Shown here in pieces: positions 11,731-23,700 of a stretch of DNA of 64,000 nucleotides (position 1 is its first letter; the number at the start of each line of letters is the position of its first letter). The notes under the pieces were generated by a model that made no database searches, was not told the DNA's origin, and saw only the letters and a program-made list of their open reading frames with translations. Origin of the DNA: Gordius albopunctatus (taxonomy: Eukaryota); assembly GCA_964276515.1 (NCBI GenBank), contig OZ193909.1, forward strand, positions 13,702,001-13,766,000, given 5' to 3'. Made by a program: the position numbers and the translations under genes.

Positions 11731-14700
11731 ATGCCTGAAATTATAATTAATTCGATCCCAATCGATTTTCCTTATACTCCTTATGGATGTCAATTAAAAT
11801 ATATGGAAAAGGTTATAGATTGCTTGAATAATCGGTTTAATGGTCTATTGGAAAGTCCAACTGGGACAGGTAGATATAAATTAGTGTTATTTTTATTATT
11901 TTGTTTTCATAAAGGCAAAACTTTATGCTTACTGTGTGCTACATTGGGATGGCTTCAATATAAAAAAAATTTAGTCAATGATGAGCAACATTCTAATACA
12001 AATCTCAGCAAATCAACAATGAATAATATAAACCATGGACAATCTAATCAATTTTTTTCAAAAATTATATATTCTTCTAGAACTCACACACAATTAGTTC
12101 AAGTTTTAAAGGAACTCAAAAAAACAAAATATGCTAATAGTATAGATGCAGCTTTATTAGCATCTCGGGAACAATATTGTATTCATCCTCAAGTATCAAA
12201 GGAGGAAAACAATTTTTTAAAAATTCAAAAATGCAGAGGAAAGGTTCTTATTTAAAAATATAAAACATGTGTTAATAATTATTAGAGTTCACTAATTGTT
12301 GAGAATTGTAGAATTATTAAAAGTTAATTAAGCTTGTATAGACTGACCATATATTAAGTAATAACAAACATTTTTGAGGAAAAATGAAATAAGCAGTTCT
12401 AAATTGTAAAGTTTCTCCTTTTTTAAATAGGTACATCACAGGACCTGCCACTTTTATAATAATTTAACTAACATTTTTACATCTACTCGCCCATCATCCA
12501 AATCTCGCTTACTAGGGGAAAATTTACCAAAAGTACCAGATATTGAAGACCTAGTGGAATTTGGGCGTTCTCATAGAGTTTGTCCATATTATTCCTCAAG
12601 GGAATTAGCTAAAACGGCGGATTTAGTTTTGATGCCCTACAATTATTTAGTGGACAAAAGTTCACGACGAGGACGTACCTTAAATAATAAGCCAGGTAAT
12701 TTTATGCAATTGAAAAATAATTTCATCTCAATTACTCTTTCCTATACCTAAGTTTATTAAAAAATACTAGATGTACATTTGTTCCAATTTATTGTAATGT
12801 TAATATTAAACAATATCTAATCAACTTATTAAAATATAACAAGGCATTACAAAATTGCCTAAAGTTATTTGAATTATCTAGTCAATCTTTATTTTTTTGA
12901 TTTGAATTTAACCCCAACAGAGTATCTAATGCTGATTGATCTTTATTCTAGAAGTGACAAACATTTATAGTCCAAGGGAAGGGCACAATTATAATTTTTA
13001 AGTTTGTCACATATATGAAAAAAATTAATTTGGTTTGCACCTATGAACAGATTTTTTTAGTGACGTTTGTCAAGTTAATAGTCCAAGATGTGTCTGTTTA
13101 ATTTTTTGTTTAGTTTATTAAAACGGTAAACCTAATATGTTTCCTCTTATTTCTAATTCAAATTTTGAAAGCTGTTTCATTGATTTGGCCTGCACGTTGG
13201 CTATATAATAATTTTTTTATTGTAAATATTTAGTGTTATAAGTTATGCTTACTTAAAAAACTAAATATCAGTTATTTATTTTTAGTATTGTTGGCTAATA
13301 TTATTATTACATATTTTTGACAATAAATTGTAAAGAGTGGTTGAAAAATTTAGTTATATAAACAATGTTGATTTCTCTAAAATATAAATCATTGGTTTGC
13401 ATTTAGATATTAATTTAGTAAAAACCTACCTATATTTGTTACAATGTTGGATGAAGTTTTGGACATGGACAGCTTGTAGGTTAAAGTTTTTCAACAGTAT
13501 ATAAATCGTTTGGCTTGCTAAAACGCATATTTCATATTTATAATATATCTACCTTTGCATGCCATATTACTTTTGATTGCTACTAATTCGGTCCTTCCTT
13601 TATATAGAGTTTTTATAGATTATAAGTAAATTTGAAATAAAAATAATAATTTATGGCCACAAGGAAAATTTTTTGATGCATAATTCCAAAATATAAAGTC
13701 AATCTAATTTTAATACATGCATAACGCCATTGCAATGCATAGCAGCTCTACAATTTCGATGTAATTAACCCTATTTTAGATCAGTCGACCGGATCTTCCG
13801 ATCAGCTTATCCGTGGAGCCGTCCTAATTTTCGACGAAGCGCACAACCTAGAAAAATTTTGCGAAGAAGCGGCATCCCTGGAAATGGGAACGGGTGACGT
13901 GGCGGGTGCTTTGGTGGAGTTAGACGAAATCGTAGATCGATACACGAGTATATTGCGGCAAAGTGCTTCATCTGGTCGCCCCTTTTACACTTCAAATTGC
14001 GACGGGAGCAGTGCTACCAAGGATGACCAGGAGGCTATAGCCCCTGACTTTAGTTTGGAAGAATTGGCGTAAGTAGAGTTGTTAAATTGCTAACTTGCTT
14101 CAACTCCAGCTACCTAACATCTGCTCGAGTTTCTGCTCCGCCCTCGAGCATTTTTATATGCTACTGCTCTGCCTACTGCACCCAACAGCGAGCACATATT
14201 GTGCTAACGCGCATTTTAGCAACTCAGTGTGCGTGCTCGCGTCTGGAGTCTTGAGATTAATCGCTGTTATGTTATGATGCGTCTAAAATGGAAATCTGCT
14301 GTAAATCGGATATTAAGACACGGCTATGTTAAAACCCATATGACGATTTTTGCTCCGCACTAAAATCTGATATTAAGACACATCCTTAGGGATTTCATCA
14401 TAATTGTCCTTTAGGTTTGGAATTAGAGACCTGCATCGTTATAAAACTTTACGAGCCTGGGCCCGCCCCGGACTATCAAAATATTAAAATATAGGCCTGG
14501 ACGCGGCCCAAAAATGTTTTTCTTGATTTTTTTTCATTTTAGATTGTAATTTTTTATCTAAATGGTGAAACAATTATATATGTGTTAAAAATCTTTTGGG
14601 TTCGAACCAAACGATAGATTGCCTTTACTAGTGCTTTGAATAATTGAAGTTTATAATTAGAGATGCACCGATACCACTATTTTATGCCGATACCGATACC

Positions 14701-17700
14701 AGCCGATACTTAAGATTTTTTTGCCGATACCGATACCATGCCGATACTTATAATAAAAAAATTTTTATACTAAAAAATATATGCAAATTAAATATTATAA
14801 ATTAAGTCACATCCAAATTTTGGTAGATCAGAATTTTGACGATAAAACAATTGTAATTATAATTTATAATATAATATTAATTTATAATAATAAATTTTGT
14901 TCTTTTAAATGTTTCCTTAAATTTGAAGTATTAAAGGAATGTTTGTTTTTGCCCCCACGACTTATTTTAGCTTTGCATAATTCACAGATTACAAATTTTT
15001 CATCTGCTGACACAACAAAATAACTCCATAGTGTATCTATATCTAAAGAATCCATCTAAGGCTTAATCTTATATAATAATTTTTAAAATAAAACAATATT
15101 TACTTAAAAGCGCAGTTATTCGGAACAGGTGGTCAATGAGTTTATTATACTCCACATAGAAATATTTATAGCCAATCAAATGAAACAATTTTCTAAAAAT
15201 TTAAAAAGTCCTCTATTTTTTAATGGTAGGAGATACTACTATAAATTTTATTTTTTGAGTTTCATATTGAAAAAAGTATCGGCTTGGTAATTGCCGATAC
15301 TAGCAAAGTATCGGGCCGATTCTTTTGGCAAGGTATCGGCGCCGATACCATGCCGATACTTGGTATCGGTGCATCTCTATTTATAATCTTACGTTACATA
15401 AATTTTTCCCTTAGTTAGGAATTTAATAATATACAATTGTTTATAGGGCAATTAACAGGGAAAAATTCTATTATTAATTGCTATGCAATTTATGGGCTGA
15501 CTTTCCATTTTGTTTGTCACGCTGTTCGTGTCACGCACCGAATGTCTTCGTCTTGTTTATTTTTTGTTCGTATTATAATTTAACTAGTTTGTGGGTTCGA
15601 ATCTGCCAAATTTTATTTTAATTGCTATGCAATTTATGGGCTCACTTTCCACTTGTTTATGTCACACTGTTCAAATTAATATATTGTTCTTGTTACTACC
15701 ATTGATAATATGGCTTATTGGCTGTCCGCTGGCTACTGACCAATGGAAAAAAATGACCATTGGCCAAAGTGAAATTTTTTTATATTTTTTTCTTTAAATT
15801 AATATATAGTTATTGTTGGTACCATTCATAATATAGCTTTTGCCCGTCCGCTGGTTACTGACCAATGGCAAAAAATGACCATTGGCCAAAGTGTGAAGCA
15901 AAATTTTTTTTTTCGTTTATTTTTGACTAACATTGATTTATAGACGCCCTCCCCTAGAAGGGCCTATGCCTCTCCTGATATGGGTCCCTGTGCCCCGCCC
16001 TACTACAAAGGAGTATGCCTCTCTTCTACTGATGTGGGTTCGAATCCCGGAGAGGCCAAAAAATTTAAAAAAATTTTTTAAATTAATTGTTCGTACCATT
16101 GATAATATGACTTTTTGGCCGTCCGCCGGCTGCTGACCAATGGAAAAAATGACCATTGGCCAAAGTGTGAATAAAAAAATTTTTTTTCGTTTTTTTGGCT
16201 AACATTGCTTTATAGACCATCTGGTGGTACTGACCAATGGGAAAAAATGACCATTGGCCAAAGTGTGCAACGAAATTTTTTTTTCGTTTTTTTTGGCTAA
16301 CATGATTGTTCCTGTTAATACTATTGATAATGTAGCTTTTTGGCCGTCCGCTGGCTACTGACCAATGGAAAAAATGACCATTGGTCAAAATGTGAATCAA
16401 ATTTTTTTTCCCATTTTTTTTGGCTAACATTGACAATTACCCTATGCCTTCCCCTAACAGAGCCTATGCCTCTACTGATATGGGTCCCTGTGCCCCCCTC
16501 TACATTATGCCTATCCAGATCTGTGGTTCGAATCCCGGAGAGGCCAAAAAATTAAAAAAAAAATTTTATTTTTTTTTAAATTAATATATAATTATTGTTC
16601 ATATCATTGATAATGTGATTTTTTGGCCGTCCGCTGGCTACTGACCACTGGAAAAAAATGACCATTAGCCAAAGTGTGAATCGAAATTTTTTTCCCCTGT
16701 TTTTTTGACTCTCATGATTGTTCCTGTTAATACCATTGATAATATGGCTTATTGGCCATCCGCTGGCTACTGACCAATGAAAAAAATGACCATTGGCCAA
16801 AGTGAGCATCAAAAATTTTTTTTTCGTTTTTTTGGCTAACATTGACTTATAGAGTTTCTGTTGGTACTGACCAATGGAAAAAAATGACCATTGGCCAAAG
16901 TGTGGATCGAATTTTTTTTTCGTTTTTTTGACTCGTATGTATTTATAGACCGTCTCTTGGTACTGGCCAATTAAAAAAATGACCATTGGCCAAATAAATC
17001 GAAATTTTTCGTTTTTGAATAGGTTAACATTGATAAATTGCCCTGTGCTCTCCCCTACAAGTGCCTATGCTTCTACTGATATGGGTCCCTGTGCCCCTAC
17101 AAAGGCTTATGCCTCTATTTAATGTGGGTTCGAATCCCGGCGAGGTCAATTTTTTTAAATTAAATGGAAAATTTGTATAAATAATTAACTAATCATTTTG
17201 CATTTAATACCCCTCTATAGGCATTTTCGCCCCTTCCCACCTTGCTCGCCCATATTTTTTAATTAGATGGAAAATTTGTATAAACATTTTGCATATAACG
17301 CCCATAAATTGCATAGCAAATATGCTACGTTTATACGGAGTATAGATGAGTCGTCCCCCCTTCCCTTCCCCCTTCCCATGAGTTAATATAAAGGTTCTAA
17401 TTTCGCGTGATAATACACAAACCTCCAGTTCACGTGATTTTTGATTTATAAGTGGTTAAATACGAGCCCATGAAAAGAAGACCTCAAAGTGCATTGAAAA
17501 TTGAATGAATGTCCATATTATCAATTAATTTTAACTTGGAAATTTAAAAAAATCTGAAAATCAATGTAGCTTTTTCACGTTTTAAAGGGTTATTGGTCGT
17601 AAGTACTAATAGTAATAAATATTTACAAGCGAAAGTTGGTTTTACTAATGGTTTCGTGGGATTGATAAAGAATTTTAAAACACATTATTTCTCCTCGAAA

Positions 17701-20700
17701 TATTAGAACCCCTTTGCTCCAAATTATTTTATAACGCCAACTTTCTCATACAATGGAAGGATCATTTCTTTAACAGGCGGGTGAAAGAAATATTTATGGG
17801 GCTGGAAGAAGCATTGGATAGCCTGCAAATCCCGGCTGGTCCCGATTCCCAAACGGGTCGAGTTGTGTCTGTCGATTATTTGTACGAGTTATTAAACGAT
17901 AAACTTAAACTCGACCGCAATTCCGCTATGGCTTGCGTTTCCCTCCTCGATAGAATAACCAATCACATCGCCGTCAATTCCGACCTACATTCTAGTGTAG
18001 CTTCTGGGGGCCGTCCCACCAGCAAATATTTCGCCGCCAAAAACACCAAAGGTTGGTGTGGATCTTAATTTCCAATTTATATCTAAATATAATCTAACTA
18101 AAGAACTTGGGGAAAAAACTTGTTAACAAAAAATCAAAGATTGTGACGCTAGTAAGCCTGCTTAAGGTAATGCATTTTAAGCTATGTTATTATCCAAAGT
18201 TAGGCGTGGTATTAAACTAGAACTTTATCCTAAGTATGATGATTTTCACCAAAATCCCTCCTGATTTAATAAAGTATTAAGTTTTATTCCCCATAAACGA
18301 AAAATATTCTGAAACCAATCGGGTATATAAGAGGCATATGAAACTTACTCAAAGAAAAACGAATAGATTTTTTTGACAATTTTTATGTAAAGATATATTC
18401 TTACGGTCTATTTCTATTGTAGAAAAAATATTAAATTAAGTTCAAAATAACAAAATTTCTAAAAATTACATAAATGCCAGGGGCATGTCATAACCTAGAA
18501 TTAAGAAGAATAGTTTAAATTATGTTTTCATCTTAATGTCTCAAATTTTGGTATGATTCACATCTCAATTGTTTAGGTATAATAAAAATAATTATAAACC
18601 CGGGTTATTATTAATCCCTTTTCCCTATAATAACAACTTACCTAAATTTTATTTTGTTGGAAGAAAGTAAATCAGTGCCTGCTATTATTCTGCAAATTCG
18701 AATTATTTCAATATGTACCAGACCGAACATTTTTTAAATAAATTTTTCGTGTGCGTAAATAAGGATCTTCAAAATAGCTTTTTATCGACTCGACCCAAAT
18801 CTTTATCAATTTGCCTGACCTATGTTTTTGCTAAAATTGATTCAAAAAATTTATATTTTGAACAAAAAGGGACTATAGGCAATAGAGACCAGAGAAGCCC
18901 GGTCCACGGGCCGGGCAACTGTCGTTAGATTAGACTTTTGGACGAGCTCCAGCGGGCTTTATAACAAGATACAGGCAAAAAGAGATTTAGTTATATAGTG
19001 TGTTATTTAATTTTGGTATATTATTTTGTCATTTTTTTTGATGTATAATATTTAATAATCGTTGTTCTTTTCCAAAAAAAATGAGAATTAAATTAAAATT
19101 AATTTTCAAGTATATAACAAAATAATTGGACCGGGGATACGAGCAGAAAAATTTAAACAAATCTGACCGCTGATAGACAAGGAGCAAGGGCTAAGTTTGA
19201 GGAGCTATATCACCCGTTCGCTTAAGTTTCATTTTGAATAAAGTTTACGTTGTTTACTCGTCGTAGCGTTCACTTATAATTAGGGCACGGGTCCTTTCTT
19301 TCTATGCAGAATTCTGATAAGATGAATTAAAATTCTACGATATCTCTAACCTCAATAACAGGTTTTGACCAATTGGGCACTCTGCTAAAAACGGCTTATG
19401 GGTTTGACCAAGAGATCCCAACCGAGACCGAAACCATAAAGGGTCCAGAAACAAGGAATGTCGCCGAGTTATCAGGACTTAGAGCCAGTTTAAAAGCTAA
19501 GTTCGACCTCTTCTCGTTTGATAATGCTGCTATCAACTCAAATCGCCTGTCTCGCTGCAATCCCCAAAAAGATATGCATAACAACATGAAACATTTCAAG
19601 GTTTTGATGAAATTTATTTATGATACGATTCCTAAGTTCTTTTTATCTATATATAGAAAAGTAAGAGAAAGAAGAGATAAAGAAATTTATAATAGAAATT
19701 TTAAATCGGATTTTTGCAATGCATATTTCGATTAGTTTGTTCTATTACGATTTAAAAGGATTTTTAAAATGCCTATTATGTTCGCTGAACTTTTTAGGGA
19801 CTAATATAATGTAATGATAAAAGATAGACAATTGAAAATGCATCATATAGTAGTTGGTTTTTCTCAAAAGTATTTTTTATACTAAGAATGTCCGACATAT
19901 TTGTCTTTTAATTAAAACATTATTTATGCTAAAATTTAGGGTTAACTTTTTACAATTTAATATGTTACCTGAAGTTAGTGTTGTGAAGGACGCGCTGGAG
20001 GGCCTGCCCTACCTTCTGCTACAGTTATCTTATGGTGTTGACAAAAGAGCCACACCCACTTTCTTTGTCTCCTTTTCTTCCTAAGACATTCAATGTGTGG
20101 GTTTGGGTGTGTAGAAAACTGACTACTTGTGCTTATATTTTTATCTCCAAATTGCCTAACTACCGACTTTCTGTCATGATAAAATTTTTGATTAGCCAAT
20201 CTTTGGTTCATTTTGTCTTTCGGATCAGCACGAATTATCCCTTATAACATTTCAGACGGCGTTTTACCCGTTGTCGCCGGAGGAGTATTCCTGTAAGCCA
20301 TAAGGGTTTGCAGAAGACAGATCTCCTTATCACTACCTCCTTTTCTGCCGGTTTGGTATTGCCTCCAAAATAGTATCAGATAATGGCCCTCAATTCGTTG
20401 GTGCCGAATTTAAGAATTTTTGTTTGGTAAACAATATGAAAGATTTTGGATCAACGAAATATCACTATAAGACGTATGGACTAGTAGAAAGAGTAATTGG
20501 AACGTTAAAGCCAAGATAATTTGGCCGGAATAAAAGGAGGTAGTGATAAGGAGATTTGCCTTCTGCAAACCCTTATGGCTTACAGGATTAATGAAATGTT
20601 ATTAGGAAAAAGGTTAGGGACAGACAAAGTTTTTTTTATACCGATAGAAGTTTATTTCCAAATAATTATGTATGTTATATGTTAAAATATATTAAATTAA

Positions 20701-23700
20701 TAAGCTGGCATCGAGCCATGGATTGAGATTGTATTAGATTCCACAATTTCCATGGTGATTTTCTGCTTGATGTAGAAAAATTCTTTGGGATTGTGCGTTA
20801 TGGAGGTTATAAATTTTGATGTTTGTTTAAGGAATTGGCTCCCCTCGGGACCTAAATTACCGAGGGTCGTGGCTACTACTGCTACAAAAATAATATTGCT
20901 GAGGTATTTGTATTTTTCCACTTTCTTTCTCTCAGTAGAAGAGATGAGGTCGGGAGAGGCGGTAGATTTGGCAAATATATCCACTGTATTGAAGTCCCAG
21001 CAGGCGTTTAGGCCACGAGCCCACGGGATGATCGTTACACCGTCGGGTCTTTTACCGTCAGTGGAACTTAGGCCAGTGGGTTCCATTGAGTTGGGAAAGC
21101 CGGCTTTCTTTAAAAATTGTTCGATTATTTTATTTATTGTGGCATGACGGGGATGCCGCCCCTTGCTGTATTGGCAGTTTAGAGGATGATGGCCATTTGC
21201 TAGAACGGGTTGGCGACAGAGGTCATTGATTAAACATATCATGATAGAAAGTCGGTAGTTAGGCAATTCGGAAAGAGAGTGATCTAGTTTGCAAAAAATG
21301 AAACGATTGCAAGTTGGTATAAAGGAGTAATTGCGGAAGGAAATGGCGAACACTCCTGTAGTGTTCGTACCAATAAAGGAATTCGAAAGAAACACGGTGA
21401 TCAGTTCAGAACCAAATAAGTATGATAATCTAAGCTATATGTAAAGTGTAAACTGTTATTAACTAATACTTTGTGAATACAATAGAAGGTGCTGGACATT
21501 GAACTTTTATTTCTCTTATAACAACTAAGCATATTTTTATCTTTCAACTAATTTTTATCTGTAACAAGTGAAAGCACAACAAACATTTTATTTCAAAAAA
21601 AACTTATTTACAGAGTGTTGCAGCTATTTACACATAAACTATATTTTAAATTAGCAGACGACAATTTATTTCTTTTATTAGTCAGCGTATTGACCGCCGA
21701 CTAAAATATTCTTATAGCGTATCTCGTTTATTAAGGAACATAAAAGAAACAAGTGACGATTGTAATCATAATAACACGTTTAAATAGCCATTCGATTTAC
21801 AAGCAATTAACAATCAATTAACATTGCGTTTCAATTCGAACGCTCGAGGTCATGCCAATTAGGTAGATAGTATTTGCATACATTACATTACTCCCCCTTT
21901 TAAAGTTGCCCTCCATCGTATCGATCAGGTGGTTTGGATACCCTTTTGTGTTCTAGAATGTTTCGCTCGGACACCGCACCTTGGTCAATCGTTTTTCTTT
22001 CCCGTAACTGATCTCCGTGTTTCCTTCTTATATTTCCGTCTATATTAACGTCATACGTAGTCGAACTTGTTTGGGCTTCTACAAGTCCTTCCCTCCATCC
22101 CGGACTTGTGTCATTATGTACCCACACCTGCTGCTCGGGTTCGAAGAATCTTTCTTGGGTCCATCGGTTTTTATAGTACTTTTGTTTCCAGATTGATTCT
22201 TCAACCTTGTCGCGAGTCGTTCTTCTGAGCTGGTCTAGCGTCGTACGAATCCTTCGATTGAACATCGCCTCAGCCGGGCTAATACCTGTAGTCACGTTTT
22301 GACTACTACGCATGCTCATTAATACTTGTAGTAAATTTAACGAGTCATTTACCCCCGACTTTTTATTCGCGTAGAACTTACTTTTAATAGTTCTAATATA
22401 TCTCTCGGCTAAACCATTAGTTTTGGGGTGGTAGGGCGGTCCCGTAAATTGAACTATGCCATTGTTTTTACAAAAAATTTTAAATTCCGTAGATTTAAAT
22501 TGTGGGCCATTGTCACTGACAATATATCTAGGTAACCCAAAACGTGCAAAAATTGTCCTTAAATTTTGGATGATTTTTGTTGAGTTTATCTCGCCTAGCA
22601 CCATTACTTCGGGCCATTTTGTAAAAGCATCAATGCACACTAACCAATACTTCTTATTGATGGGCCCCGCTAAGTCTATGTGAACCCGTTCCCAAGGCTT
22701 GTTAGGGACGTTCCAAGCGTATAGGGGTGCCTCTTTAATGTTTGGTCGTTCTTCTTGGCAATGTTTACAGGTATTAACGTATTTTTCTATGTCTACGTCA
22801 ATATTATTCCAGTAAACATAGTATCTCCCTAATGACTTCATAGCCACGATTCCCGGATGACCATCATGTAGAATTTTAAGAATATCTGGCCTTAATTTTT
22901 CCGGAATTATAAGTCGATCTTTATAAAATAAAAGATTATTTTCGAAAGAAATGTAATTTCTTAATTGCAGGTATTTTCGTACGTTATCGTTATTTGAAGA
23001 GCCTTGCCATCTATTTTTAAATTGCTCTATAACTTCTTTTAGTACATTATCTTTTATTGTTTCCTCTACAATATTTTTTGTATTCAAAGTCAAATCATCG
23101 ATTAATTGTAATTTAATTCTTCGTATATCATTATCTATGTTTAAATTATGAGGTGAATCCTTTGGGCATAACCGAGAAAGTGCATCAGCACACTGATTAG
23201 ATTTCCCTGGGATGTATTTTATATCATAATCATATTGAAGTAATTTAATTGCCCATCTTAGTAACCTATTATTGGTTATTTTACTAAGATCCCGGGTTGT
23301 CCCAAAAATATTTATAAGAGGGTGGTGATCTGTCTGAATTGTGAATTTACGACCATAAATATACTGATGGAATTTATTTATCGCATAAATTACTGCCGAT
23401 GCCTCTGTCGATGACGGAGTAATTTTTCTCGGCGGAATTTAGGGAACGAGAGGCGTAGGCAATAGGTTTTTCTTGGCCAGAGGAAAACTTATGCGCTATA
23501 ACTGCTCCTAAACCTAAATCTGACGCGTCGATTGAAATTATGATAGGCAATTCTTTTTGATAAGGCACTATAGTTTTTCTGTTTGAGATTGTAGTTTTAA
23601 CTTTTTCAAAAGTTAATTTTTCTAAGTCGCCCCATACCCATTTTGTATTTATGGAAGTTAATTTGTATAAAGGAGCGCAATTTATCTGAAGGTTGGGGAT

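Noticed and set aside
16030..16060. tRNA gene (GGTTCGAATCCC)
   Set aside because: No A-box/D-arm or anticodon arm; the motif is repeated within a tandem unit.
15591..16986. Several 67-136 aa ORFs on both strands
   Set aside because: They are translations of the tandem repeat, with no protein-like features.
15735..16995. CRISPR-like array of palindromic repeats with spacers
   Set aside because: Spacers are homologous to one another, 60-250 bp long and irregular; the context is a eukaryotic intron with no cas genes.
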